Shown here piece by piece: positions 15,018 through 27,563 of a stretch of DNA of 64,000 nucleotides (the stretch's first letter is position 1; each line of letters begins with the position of its first letter). Origin of the DNA: Cenococcum geophilum. Its lineage: Eukaryota. A model generated the notes under the pieces. It saw only the letters and a list, made by a program, of their open reading frames with translations. It ran no database searches and was not told the DNA's origin. The stretch covers positions 28,706,001 through 28,770,000 of the forward strand of contig CP158635.1 of NCBI GenBank assembly GCA_050273025.1, read 5' to 3'. The position numbers and the translations under genes were made by a program.

Positions 15018-15929
15018 ATTAGGCATTCCTGCCCGATCAACTCGTGCTAGAGACTCAAATGTCTCTCGAAGTTTACATAGAATGCGCCGGTCCTAGGGCC
15101 AAATACGGCTTTAGCTTGTCAATCTCCACGTTAAATAGTTCAATGTGCTAGTACGCATAATGCATCTGTTCAAATATCACTGCGTTCCCTCTTTGGCGCA
15201 ATTCAGGGCAAATTCTCATCTCTACACTTTCCCAGCCGAGGACATAATAAGCATCCTCTTGTCCTCGTCCAATATTTTACCCGTTCCATTGGCCGCTCTG
15301 ACTTCTTCCCGTCGAAATCGTTGCTGTTCAATGCATAACCCCACCCACCGCCAGTCAGGCCGCCGCCTGGAGCGAGGTAGCAGTCTGTAAATGTTTTGTG
15401 CATTGACTGCTCAAATCCATTTGTGAATCGTGGGGCATTGGGCGCTAGATTTAAGATTGCCTTACATATCTTTAGCTTACACTAGTGCTTCAGAGCTGAA
15501 AAGGGGAACGTAGGAGCTAAGATTATCAAAAGGGTTGCACATACAAATTTCGCAGGCTGGAGATTCCAAGGCTTTGACTACCTCGCCATCCTTTGTCTGT
15601 CTGAAGTTGAAGCAATGATGACGGGAGAAGGGAGACTGGTTAAGCAGAATTTTTTTTTCAGTACCTTCGTATGAATACAAGCGATGACGAAGGTTTGTCC
15701 TTTGCGGTCGACGCCGGTGTCCTACAGAACGAAGAGAATAGCAGGGCCTTTGGTGGTTGTAATCTAGTTTAGCAAGCCAATCCTTCAGATAGGATCTTTG
15801 TAAGGCATCCAAAACATGAAAGCTCTCATCAAATGATATCCAGAGCGGCGGTTTGGTAACAAATGCCGCAACACAGGCTGGGAGGATATCTCCGACTTTA
15901 CAACTATTATAGTCCGACTGTAGAGCGTA

Positions 15930-18256
15930 TCAGAAGGAATCGAAATGCAACCCTTCCCAGTCCCACAACCCATCTAAGACCCCCAGATCTATTTCCGAAG
16001 TTGCACCACTTTTTCCAAAGGTCTCATTCCACATCTCCCCTTCTACCTCGATAATACCTCGTGTTTCATCGCTCCAAACGGGCTCGGCGGCAGGGAGATT
16101 GGCGGTCGTGTTGTCGTCGAGTTCAGATCCGCCTATCTCCAACAAAACCCTTCCGCCGCTGTCCACGTTGCTTCTCCCATCCCCACACGATCTCGTACTA
16201 ACATTAGCCCGCGGTATTACCAACTCTCCAGGCCTGCTTGCTGCCTCCAAAATCTCACTCTCTTCTGGCAGCAGGTCCAAACGAGACACGAGCCTCGTGA
16301 GGATGCTCCACGTCGTGTCGCCCATCTTCGTCAACCCGAGTAAGCGGCTTGAGATCTGCAAGGCGCACCCGATCGCTTCAATGACCTCTAGTCGCCGCGG
16401 TATCACCGCACGCTTATTGTCATGCAGCAGCGCCGAGCAGAGCAGTGCCGCAGTGTCAAAGGGACAGAATGACACCATGAAGTACTTGACTTTGTCGGGG
16501 AAGCAAAGGGGAAAGAAATCGGTGCTCGCAGACATGAGACTCAGAGCCGTGTCGATGGCACAGGCGACTAGGCGGCGCGTTTCTGCTTCCTCTTCTTCGT
16601 TGTTGCTGCGAGAGGCTTGAGTGACGGCACAATGGCTATTGGGAGAGGTGAGGTAGGGCCGGAGAAACATGAGAAGTGTCATGTACCCTACGCAGTGCAA
16701 TTGCAGGCGCTGGAACACAAGACGCGGGTGCTCTGCGTCCCAACGTGTGTCGGTGTTGTGGATATTGAAAACGTGCGGGAGCGATACCATCCAGTTCTCT
16801 ACGAATGCAAGCTTGGCGGAAAGGCTGGGGCTGCTTATGACAGCAAGATTGGATAGCTGCGTTGCAAGTTGATTCTCAAGGATCTTCGCGACAACCGGAG
16901 AAGGGATGTCGGCACTTGTGGCTGGCTGGTCGAGACGGGCATTGGGGAGCGAGACGGACGAGCCACCTTGGATGATGGGTGGCCGGCTGAATACGGCGGA
17001 CATAAAGCTAAGAGTGCATGATTAGCATAAGGATTGAACTTAGACAGCCGAGGCCTCTATTGGGGATGGAGGTAACACTGTATACTGCATTACACACCTA
17101 TCCCACGTATATAGGGCACACCACACCCTTCTTCTCATCTCCCCTTCCAACGCGCTCATCTCTCGGGATGTATCATCTATATGCATACCTTCAATGATTA
17201 AACCCTGCTGTTAGCTGCGGCTGTTTTTGCCTTCCCCCACGGCGCAAACCGTGGAGTCAACGGAATACGCACCGGTTTCCTGCGCCTCTCTTACCGCAGC
17301 GGCCAAGGCGTGCCAGGACTTGACAAATTCGGCCTCGGCCTTCAACCATGTGGCCCCAAGGAACAGCTGCTGCACCTGCACCAGGCCGCCCTCGCCGGGC
17401 GGGACGAAATTACTCAGCGTCTGCGCGGCGGTCTGGTAGCGGGTGCCGAAGCCTTCGGCCGAGTCCCCGAGTTCGGATTCCAGCGAGGCGAGGAGCGACG
17501 GTGGGAGGAACTGTGCTGAGTTGGCGCACATGCGCAGGACCAGGCAGGTGAATGCGATGGTGGGCATGCTTAGTAGTTGTTGCGGTCGGCGCCGCTGCGA
17601 CCACCACTCCACGTAGGACTCCATGAAGGATGGCTGGTGCAAGATGCTGTAGTGGTAGTTCACGTTCTCGAAGAAGCCTTGGATCAGGGAGTCCGTGTAT
17701 GGTCGTGGAGGAACGGCGCGGAGAGCTTGATGGACCTGTTCCGGTACCTGTGTTGGCGGGTGGTACATCGATCGGTAGACGCTCTAGAAGAAATGTTATG
17801 AGCTACTGATGGCGGGGCGCGAAACAATGAGGGAACATGGAAGAGTAAGCACCGGAGAGCTAATGGCCTGGAAGATATCGTGTTTAAGGTATCCCAGAAC
17901 TTTCAAGGCGCTGGCCGCATCAGGCTCTGGCTGCTGGTTGATAACATCCTGTTGCTCAGACTCGGAGGTATATTCATTGATGCTGTCAATCTTTTTCTTC
18001 TTCGGCGGTCTAAGCATTACAGCATTACATTAGTGACAGGTGTACACCGAGGGGCAAAAGCTTCCAGTTTAGTTATGGTAACTCACGGCTCATCGTTCCT
18101 AGTTGAATGTAAATCTCCGAATTGGCACAAATGAGCCGCCCTTCGTGTCTGACAGTTGTTGCATGGCCACAGCCGATCGCACTTCTGCTTGCGGCGCTTG
18201 CACTCTATGCATGAAGCCGTCTTCCGGCCTCGGCGGGGCTTATTTGAGGGTTCCAT
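15930..18256 (-). CDS. Zn2Cys6 transcription factor with fungal-specific TF middle homology region (multi-exon)
   Basis: ATG at 18256: MEPSNKPRRGRKTASCIECKRRKQKCDRLWPCNNCQTRRAAHLC; downstream exons FFENVNYHYSILHQPSF, AVREAQE.G.H, EMRRRVWCALYTWD. Confidence 0.88.
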
Positions 18257-18620
18257 CTGGCGTTCTGGGTCACTCTTGTATTAAGGTACGGGCAACATCC
18301 GACAATTTACACTTCTGCCGTGATGTTGCGGGAAATGTGCCTCACCCTGGTCTTTGTCACCACCCTTCCCTTCGGCAATCTGGGTCCTTAGTATATATGC
18401 TTGGCACCGCTAGCCAGAGCCCGCATACGATCGGGAAAACCGTTTGTGGTCGGGAAACTTACAATGAGGAATAAACCACAGAGAGATGGAGTGTGTGAGT
18501 GTGAGACAGAGACAGAGACATAAATAGTGGTCGAGTCCCGTAATGTAATAAGACAGTCGGCCATCTTCGTCTTCTGTCACAGTCAGTAAAGCTTAACACA
18601 GAACAACTTCACTCGAGAAC

Positions 18621-19475
18621 ATGGCCTCCACAAAGCCCGTCTGGTTCATCACAGGCGCTAACTCTGGGTTTGGCCTGCTCCTCACCCAGCTCCTTCTCTC
18701 GCATGGCCATACCGTAATCGCCACAGCGCGCAGCGCCTCCAAATTTTCCCAATCGCTGAAAGATGACCCCAAGGCGGACCTCGTCGAGATCGAAATCGCA
18801 GGGCCGGCCTCTGCTATCACCGCCGCCGTCGACGCCGCCGTGACCAGGCACGGGCGCATCGACGTCCTCGTCAACAACGCCGGCTTCGGGCTCATGGGGG
18901 CCCTGGAGGAAGTCACCGAGGCGGACGCCCGGTACCAGTTCGACGTCAACTTCTTTGGGCTGCTCAACTTCACCAAGGCCGTGCTGCCTCACATGCGGGC
19001 GCAGAACTCCGGCGTCATTGTCCATATGTCCAGCGGTGCTGGCATCTTGGCGGGCCGAGGCGCCCCCGTCTATGCGGCCAGCAAGTTCGCCGTCGAGGGC
19101 TTGGCCGAAGGTCTCGCGAACGAGGTCAAGCCGTTCGGCATCCGAGTCCACCTGATCGAGCCGGGGATCTCCAGGACCAACTTCTTGGACCAGGTCGCGC
19201 AGGGCAAGCAGGTTGGGCAGAAGATTGAGGGCTATTTGAACATCAGTGGCATCCTCGGCAGTATGCACGGAATGCAGCCTGGGGACCCGGAGAAGGGCGT
19301 GCAGCGCATCTTCGAGGTGGTCATGGGCACGGATATGGGCGAGGGAATGGAGTGGGATTTGAGGGTTCCGCTTGGGTCAGATTGCTTCGGCATGTTCGAG
19401 GCGAAGGCTAAGAGTTTAAGCGCGACTTTGGAGAAGATGAAGAACATTGCACTAAGTACGGACTTCGTGGTTTAA
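18621..19475 (+). CDS. Classical short-chain dehydrogenase/reductase, intronless
   Basis: TGANSGFG Rossmann motif, VLVNNAG, catalytic S...YAASK, IEPG. Confidence 0.93.
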   Translation: MASTKPVWFITGANSGFGLLLTQLLLSHGHTVIATARSASKFSQSLKDDPKADLVEIEIAGPASAITAAVDAAVTRHGRIDVLVNNAGFGLMGALEEVTEADARYQFDVNFFGLLNFTKAVLPHMRAQNSGVIVHMSSGAGILAGRGAPVYAASKFAVEGLAEGLANEVKPFGIRVHLIEPGISRTNFLDQVAQGKQVGQKIEGYLNISGILGSMHGMQPGDPEKGVQRIFEVVMGTDMGEGMEWDLRVPLGSDCFGMFEAKAKSLSATLEKMKNIALSTDFVV

Positions 19476-19648
19476 CAAAGAGCCGTTTCCGGAATTAATA
19501 GGACAGAAATGGGTAGCGCTCTTTTCTTTTGGTCAACAACTATGTCTATTGGTCTATTGCTGGGCCGGGTTCAAAATAGCATATTGGTACATAAGCTTAT
19601 AAAACTCTACTAGTGTCTTCACTAAACACTTTCCTTTTCCTGACTATT

Positions 19649-20158
19649 TGTAACGTGTCCCGCTCCACGTCGCCAAATAGTCAAAGAGACAGACAGTGCT
19701 CGCGAATATCGCGACTGTTGCGGGATCCAATATGTACTCTTACACTATTCTAATAATAAGACTAGAATTAATTTACTAATAGTACGGAGGTGCGTTTCAA
19801 ACGTCTTTAAGATTAATAAATATAGGGCGGCGGTGAAGGGACTTCCTAATCAAGTGTCACGGAACCCCACCGCAGGGGCCTCTATAGGAGAGCCCCGTGC
19901 TCTTACGTACACCTCGCGTACAGCTTATGTCAGCTACGCGTAGGTATATCACCTCCTTACGCCCTCGACCCTTATAATCGATCGCGCAACGTCTTGTAGA
20001 CTCCTTGAATACATACGCTTTGTAGCCACTGCCCCCGTCCCGTGACATCAAGTCAGAATATTGCGTAAATTTAAGTCTGCATTAGTGCGCGACCGTCGCG
20101 CGCTATATCTTAAAACATTACCTATCCCTATAGAGTACTGCGCAATCAAGGTGTTACA
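19649..20158. mobile_element. Probable older solo LTR (TGTAAC...GTTACA) hosting the 19855 insertion
   Basis: 6-bp inverted termini, RIP-like composition; flanks do not form a clean TSD. Confidence 0.4.
19855..20047. mobile_element. Solo LTR (193 bp) with perfect 5-bp TSD TCAAG
   Basis: tcaag|TGTCACGG...CCGTGACA|tcaag; same family start recurs at 61352. Confidence 0.88.
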
Positions 20159-20264
20159 GTTATAAGAGTTATACTTTAATAATTTAATCTTGGCGATATA
20201 GATGCAAATAACTTAAATATACGTAATATTTTAACTTAACTAGAAAGGAACTAAACTTAATTAG

Positions 20265-20390
20265 TGTAAGGTAATAAGCTCCGCACTACTTAGCCATTAG
20301 ATAAACCTGTAAAAGGTAAGCGAGTAACTGGCAAGTTGCTAGGCACTACTGTGCGGAACAATATATATAAAGTGACTCCGTTACCTAGTA
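20265..20390. mobile_element. Solo LTR (about 126 bp), heavily RIPed, TSD attag/attaa
   Basis: Aligns with 20404-20527 mainly via C>T/G>A changes (gtaataagctccgcactact vs gtgataagctccgcaccacc). Confidence 0.7.
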
Positions 20391-20403
20391 ATTAATGGGG
20401 GTC

Positions 20404-20527
20404 TGTGAGGTGATAAGCTCCGCACCACCCAGCCACACAAACCAAAAGGTAAGCGAGTGACTGGCTTGACGCCAGGCACGGCTGTGCGGAACAATACATA
20501 TAAGCGAGGTGGCCCGGTCACCTGACA
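20404..20527. mobile_element. Solo LTR (124 bp) with perfect 5-bp TSD GGGTC
   Basis: gggtc|TGTGAGGTGA...TCACCTGACA|gggtc; near-perfect 10-bp inverted termini. Confidence 0.85.
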
Positions 20528-21730
20528 GGGTCCACGTATTAATTAGGGGTGTCCTCTACCGCTGCCCTATTTATATTCAGTATTTTAATCTTTTACTAGC
20601 TTATAAAATATAGCTTTAGATAATTATTCTATGGTTATACTTTATAACTAAATAAAGCTTTAATATTAAATATTTTAATATCGGGCGACGGGCCCGTGCG
20701 TCGGGGACCCGACCGTATTCGAGGCTCGATCAGACGGGAAATTACGTGTTCACCCACATATTCGAGTATATCTACAGCACCACTAGCGGCCAAGCTATGG
20801 ATATACTCGTATTAAGGATCGCCCGCTAATTAGGCCGCTAAGCGGCGCCAACTTTTGAGCTATTAGGGCACTAAGTATCCCTTGACCCGTTAATTCGCGT
20901 CCAACGGTTATCGATAAGAACTAGCCAATCAATCGAGCTGAATTTAACGCCCGTACCGAGGAATATAAAGCTTTTAATTATATAGTAATTTGATATACAC
21001 GCTTAATTTTAGAAGTTAAGTCGCTCGATATGAGGTTGCTAGCACTTATCCTTCCTGTAGAACCGCATTTTACATTGTAGTAGGTAATTAATTGATGGAA
21101 TCTATATAGATACACGCATTGTTCAAAACTGGTGTTTGCGCACTGTAAAAGTACATATATTAGATCCCGCCGCGCTTGCGACAAGTTCGCAAGCACTCTC
21201 AATCTTTTTGGCCGTATGGTGACGTGAGGCACGTTACACGCACGGACCACTTATAAAAAAGTCCTCTCTACTTAATACTTAATACTTAATCACTGTAGGG
21301 CGTATACTATTATATATAAGATAGTACTAACTAACCGCGTAGAGATTAATATTACAATGAATATAATTAAAAAAAAGACATCCATCGGTACTTCGGGAGA
21401 TGGATTTCGGAGTCTATTTTTATGGAGATGATGGTCCAAGCTTCGAGCTGGCGAGCTGGTTGCCCTTTTCAGTCAAGCGTCAGAATCCCCGCTCTAGCCT
21501 CATCTATGTCCGCTCGTATCCTTGTCTACGTCATCGAAAGTTTGGAAAAGAAATAGGTATGTCAGCCAGAACCAAGATCGAGTTTGGGTTATACGGCCAG
21601 GTCAAAAGTCATTCAATTCCTCAAATTCACTGAAGCAGTGGTTGTCTTGGCTGACGACTTCCTCGATACACCTAACCAAGCCGTATCAGCCATATTAGCC
21701 ATACTAGCCACATCAGCCATATCACCGAGA

Positions 21731-23480
21731 ATGGTATATTGTGGAAAGCCGAGCAAGGGCTGTGCCTCATGTCGTGCTAAAAAGACAAAGGTGCGTCGCA
21801 ACGTGCAGCTATCCTTCTTAGGATTTCGCGGGCACCCAGGCATCCCGGTAAACTCCCTAATGAGCCATCTGACCTGTCCAGTGCGATCAATCTCTTCCAT
21901 CTTGCTCCCAATGCATAAGGGTTGGCAGGATATGTCCTGGGTATCGTAATGAGCAAACGCTCATGTTTAGAGATGAGACCAGGAAAGTCGTCCGAAAGGC
22001 CAAGGCCAAAGAAATGGAACACAACGCATCTCCAGAAGAGGATGCCCTAACCAAACCATCGCAGCCTTGCTCCAATAAGAGTCCTAAGGTTTATTCTCCA
22101 CAAGGAGACATAGAGCTTGTTATGCGTAATCCTTCTCCTCCAATTGAAGACTGCGCTATTTCATTCTTCTTCCACCACGACGCATCGGTGCCATGTTCCT
22201 TTTCGAGAGGGTTTCTTGACATCTTGCCGGCTATCTATCAGAAGGAATTAAATTCACACGGCCCATTATCTGAGATTATCACTGCCATTAGCTTAGCGGG
22301 TATCTCAAACCTCCAAAGGGCTCCAGATGTCATGATTGCAGCGAGAATGAAGCATACTGCGGCACTCCGTGTTGTGAATGCTGCCCTGCAGAATCCTGCA
22401 AGTGCAAAGGCAGATTCGACCTTGATGACAGTAATGCTGCTAGGACTATTCGAAGTACCCACTTTTTCCACCCTTACCGTGTTTACAACGCTAACGTGAG
22501 ATAGAACATCACATGCTCCACCCCGCAGTCTCTGCAGGCATGGGCTAAGCATGTTAGTGGAGCGACAACGCTCGCCCAGATTCGTGGGCATAGTCAATTT
22601 CAGTATGATCTTGGCCGCCGCATGTTCGCTTATCTTCGAAACCAGATTGCAAGCTCCTCCGACTACTACCTTTATCATTGGCCACCTACTAATCATATGC
22701 CAGTTGATTGATTGCATCCAAAGACGCAAGGCTGTGCCGCAAGCCATATCGGATTGGTCTCAAACCGCTTATAACCTCCAGAATGAAGACGAGGCTATTG
22801 AACAACAATTATTCAATATCATGGCTCGACTTTGTAACGTCCGCCATCTCATTCACACCCAAGCAGATGGAAGCCCCGAAACGGTGGCGTTAGCCTTTTC
22901 CATCGACGCGGACCTAGAGGCTTGGGCCGCAAGCCTTCCATCAATATATTTGTACAAAACCATAGCGGCACAGCAAGGCCCTCATGGCACATTTGGTTAC
23001 GATCGCCATGTCTACGAAAACTTCTCAATAGCCGGCGCGTGGAACGCCTGGCGCTCCACACGTATTTTAACGACGGAGGCGGTCATCGCGTGGCTTATGC
23101 GTTATGGCGAGAGACAAACGTCCACCCCAGAATGCATCAGGTGTAAACTTCTCCAGAACAAGATGTCTAACGATATATGCGCTAGCGTTTCCTTTTTTTT
23201 TGAAGGCACTGATAATTTTCGGGATGCACCATATGCTCTGAAAGTTTCTGCAGGCGTGTCACTTCTCTGGCCATTGTACGTGGTGGCCATAGCACATCAC
23301 CATACCGATGCACGAAATGTGTGGATAATAAAGCAGCTCGAGAAGATAGGGGGAGTTTTGGGAATTCGCCAGGCTATGGTACTCGCGAATTTGGTGAAGA
23401 GGAACCGGGAAATTACACTATGGGATCGTGAAATGTCTAATCGTCTGGACCTGGAAGATGAAAACGAGGATGAGTGGTAG
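21731..23480 (+). CDS. Zn2Cys6 transcription factor (MVYCGKPSKGC-type); introns near 21791-21881, 22457-22504, 22651-22703
   Basis: Spliced CASCRAKKTKCDQSLPSCSQCIRVGRICPGYR; DSTLMTVMLLGLFE, HVSGA, DICASVSFF, LLWPL. Confidence 0.88.
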
Positions 23481-23701
23481 ATTGAGCTCACTTCTTCATC
23501 TAGGACAACTAGCTCTAATTATATTACTCCCGATTACATTAATTATAGTGATAGTTTTATGTCCAAAAAGTTCTCCCGATGAATCATTGGTCAACTCGTT
23601 CAGAACATTACCAAACCCTCAAGAATTACTGACTCGCAGGCACTAGACAACGATCGGACTACCCTAGAGAGATCTTCTTTCCTTTAAGTCTAATTATCCA
23701 T

Positions 23702-24530
23702 CTACCCCTCCCTGAATTTCGGCGTTGTAAGGTCAACAATCGTATACGCAATAACTACTAAAAATCCCTCCACTACCGCTATTAACACCCTGGCGGCAAT
23801 ATGTCCCCCAAAAATTGCGAGCGTTTGGTCATTCAAAAAATTGGACAGCACGCCGAACAATATTTGAGCCCCCAGTAACGGCAAGGCCGCTAACACAACC
23901 ATAAAAATCCGCCGCTCTCCTGGAACAATGTGGTTGAGATCTCGTGCCGTCAGGATGGTGATGAGAAAAAGGGTGGCATACACAACTACAAGAGGATTAT
24001 GCCCGCTTTGAGCAGGGACTTCCCTAAGCGCTAGTCGGACAGTTCTGCGAATGCAAGATCTGTCCCACCAACGATGCAGAGGATGAGGGCGACGGTGCAG
24101 GGAAGATAGAGGAGTTGAATGACCTGACCTTGGCGGGAAGATGCGGGGGCGTTTTGGTAAGACGCTTGCTTAGTTGCGCGACGACGCTAAAGGTGATGAG
24201 GGGAATCTGGAAGCTGGAATCGGATGATACGTGTGTGGGAGTTTTATGAATTATCCGCTTCAATAACCCCAGGCTTGCAAGCAGCAGCGGTGATACCCCC
24301 ACCGATTGTAAAATGGCACTTCACTCGACATCGGTACTGTTGTGCGGGTTCCTCACAGCTGCAATTTCGAAGCCTGGGCCAATAATGCGGACGGTGGCTA
24401 GTATGGCGAGGAATATCCAGCCGAGCTGTTTGTGGAAACCGTGGCGGATGACAACTACTGTGCTAGCGAACAAGACGGGTACGTAGATGGCTAGTTGGGC
24501 AATGGGCAGGGATTCGTCTGAAGGGAGCAT
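23702..24530 (-). pseudogene. Multi-pass membrane protein (DUF7702/RTA1-like) pseudogene
   Basis: RHGFHKQLGWIFL...RIIG...GVSPLLLA motifs; premature TGA at 24323-24321 (expected W), frameshift near 24130, TAG at 24033-24031. Confidence 0.7.
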
Positions 24531-25146
24531 GCCGATTTTTGGTGGGAGGGGTGTTGGTTGGTGAATTATTCGGAAAGTGTGAAACCCCTTTGCGATAGCT
24601 GGATTGAAAAGCTACTGGTGTCTCCGTGTTAGATTAGAGCTGCAAAGATAATATGAACGCTGGGGGTGGGTCTGCGTGGAGGAATGAAAACATTATGGGC
24701 GTACTCACCGCCTTTATAAGAGAAATAAGATGACTGAATTCCTACATAGATGGTTGAGTTTTAAAGTCATCGCAGACGACTCTTCCGCTGGGTTGAGAAA
24801 TGCTTGCGAAAGTGCTTGCAAATTCGTTGAACTGTATTGACCATGAAAACGCTAACGAAATAGAGAGACACCGCCTCAGGGCCGAAACTACAGATAGAGG
24901 ATTCAACATCCTTGAACTGTGTAGCCTGTCCGATGTTCTCCAGGGTTGGTGATCCTTATTGACGAGGTGGTTGCTGAATTTGGCATGCTTTTCGTTCGGT
25001 AACCGCTAGCGCACCTCTTGTGGGTCTATGAAAGCTAAAGCAGTGAGGTGAGAGGTCCACCACGTGGGATGCCAAGTGCAGTGAAGTGAGTTGTAGAAGC
25101 CAAAGGTCTTGCAGTATATGTTCTTATATATTTCAGGATGCTAAAA

Positions 25147-27020
25147 CTAAGCTTCCTTAGAAGAAGATGGTTCTGCTTCAGCAGCAGAAGGTTGTTCTTC
25201 GTCCTGCTTCATCTCCGTCGGCATCCATGATTCAAACACCTGCGCGCCTCTTTCTAACGATCCTATTATCTCCCCGAGAACTAAGAAAACCGATAGACCA
25301 GTGTGATCGATAATAGCTGCATGGGGTTCAGCTTCTCGGGCGGAGCGAGTGGAAGCAAGGCTAGGATTGTTGCAACGAGAAGACGTGTAATTATTCGGAC
25401 GATCTGCCATATCTCAAAAGTGACACGAAGTTGAGATTGTTGCCTTCGGAAACCAGAGAAGGGCAGGCGGGTCATTCGACTTGAAACATAGAGGAATGTT
25501 GAATAGAACGAGTAATCCAGTCCCTACTCCTCCTCCCCAAAGCCATCACTCACCGCTGCCTAGCTCATCCCATGCTACCGAGACTGCACATACGTGACCG
25601 CCTATTAGCAGACCCATGTCTAACGGCAAGTGTATCAGGATCCATGCAAAGGTGCTCCGGACGGCTCTGCGTAAGGGATGAACCGAGTCGATTGCGCCAT
25701 CACCATTCACATACACCCGATTAGGGCAGAGAAGGTAACGACCAGCGTCCATACTGCCCTAAGAGCGCGCAGATTTAGTCCGATAGCTGCAGGCGATTCG
25801 ACAATTATATTGTAAAGGCACTCACCAAGCACAATGATGTAGAACGCTGCAGCACGGTCCACTTCGTGAGAAATGTCAATTGCGGTCGAGTAAGCGAGAT
25901 GCAGACGAGATTTAATCCAAGGGCCAAAGGAGATGAGCCGGGTCGCTCCCTGTTATTAGCAAAGTACTAGTGAGCTCTCAAGGAGGTGAGAGGAAAGACT
26001 GAATTATGCTCAACGCACCTTATATAACATAACAACCACAGCTACAGCAACTTTTGCGCGTAAAGGTAAGCTTTCAGAAAACAGCGGCAACCAGACCAAT
26101 AATCCCACAAAGGTGAAACTAGCAAATATCCCAGTTTGAGGTCGGTGATAATGGGATGCAAAGCTGTAAAGACTACATACCAGAATTTCAGTTAACCGAG
26201 CAGCAAGATAAGCACCGACGGTGGTGCGCATAGCGGATCTTCATCGATGAGTGCCACATTGTTTCCGTAGATAACGAGAAGTGCCATGGTTCACAGAATT
26301 AGGACGCGCTGAGAGAGGTCGTCATTGCAGCGACTGTTCATCAACGGTTTAAGTATACTCCAAATGTGCCTGTGAAGAGTTGGTACGCACTCTATCCAAG
26401 GGGTGGGCTGGGGCTAATACCATGCTGGAGTGAAGATAAGAGTGTTTGACCAGTGAGTAGCCATAATTTCGCTTTTACTGCAGTGGTAGACAGGGTTTGA
26501 GACAGAACGAATGCATACGGGGCTTTACACCACTGGAACTCCTCAAATATTTTACGCTGTGCAGCCAGGAGAACAGGTGGGAGAGATTTTTTTAGCTCTT
26601 CCGGCATACTCGATTCGTCAGCGAGGGACCACTTCGGCATCTCTCATACTCTACTCTTAACGAGCTTGGTATAGGGTCCAAGTAATCTGCCCGAGACCAC
26701 TCTTCTTCCCACCCCATCAAGCCTCTATGCATCAATTCCACTCGATAATTGTACTGAAAAATACGCACAATTGCAACATCTAAACCGATCAGTTGGGCCG
26801 CAAAATTCAAGAGACGAAACTTACAGAGCAAATCGAGGAAGAGCTCAAATCGTCCGGCCTGTCTTGCACGTTTTAGCTCTCCATTATAGAAGTACTGTAA
26901 GGCTTTGGGCTGCCGAATGAAGTAGCGGTTCGCTGGTGTGCCCCTGCAGTACGTCACCTTGACTGTTACAGGTAGGTCGTGGGTTTCTGGGGGGCGAAAG
27001 CCATAGAGCAAGTGCGACAT
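25147..27020 (-). pseudogene. Low temperature requirement A (LtrA)-like membrane protein pseudogene
   Basis: IRQPKALQYF, GRFELFLDLLYVA, LIFTPAWHIW, NDDLSQR, DISHEVDRAAAFYIIVLGE, HPLRRAVRS; TGA at 26293-26291, frameshift near 26235, unrelated segment at about 26500-26760. Confidence 0.7.
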
Positions 27021-27054
27021 CGAGGCGGCCGCTTTGGCTGCGAGGGCTGGTAGT

Positions 27055-27235
27055 GGCTAGCTTATTATCGCAGTAGTTAAGCGACTCAGACGGCAACCGG
27101 GACAGTAAATTCCCTAGTACCTAAAAGAAAGCGGCGTTTTCTTAGACAGAGACTAGTGATACTTTAGAATTAGTGAGTGTGCCTGAAGCTCTGCCCTTGC
27201 CGTCTGAGTCGCTTACTGAGATAACTAGCTTAGAG
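27055..27235. mobile_element. Small MITE-like inverted repeat
   Basis: taagcgactcagacggcaa (27078-27096) vs ttgccgtctgagtcgctta (27197-27215), perfect 19 bp, with imperfect outward extension. Confidence 0.6.
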
Positions 27236-27563
27236 GCTTCTCACGACAAAGCCGATTTGTTGCAAGGGTTTTATCTTGCAGATCCTTTGGTTTTGTAGAT
27301 CTAGGAAAGCTTGAAGTGTGATCACATATACGCATCACATGTTGCCGTCCCGCGTTGCTTGGCCTCCGACGCGTCGCGCATGCGTGTCAACATGTATCCA
27401 TTAGGACACTCCCTATCTCAGTTAATAGGCTATTGTTACCCATTTACACTCACGTATCTTCAATCTCTATGGTACTATTTACCCAATTTCTTGTATCTCA
27501 AGTCCCCGTTATTCAACATCTTGGCAACATTCCGAACCAATCGCTACGTATATCCCAGTTGGC

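Noticed and set aside
18593..19268. Antisense ORFs (219 aa, 127 aa) over the SDR
   Set aside because: Shadow ORFs from GC-rich codon usage; no recognisable motifs.
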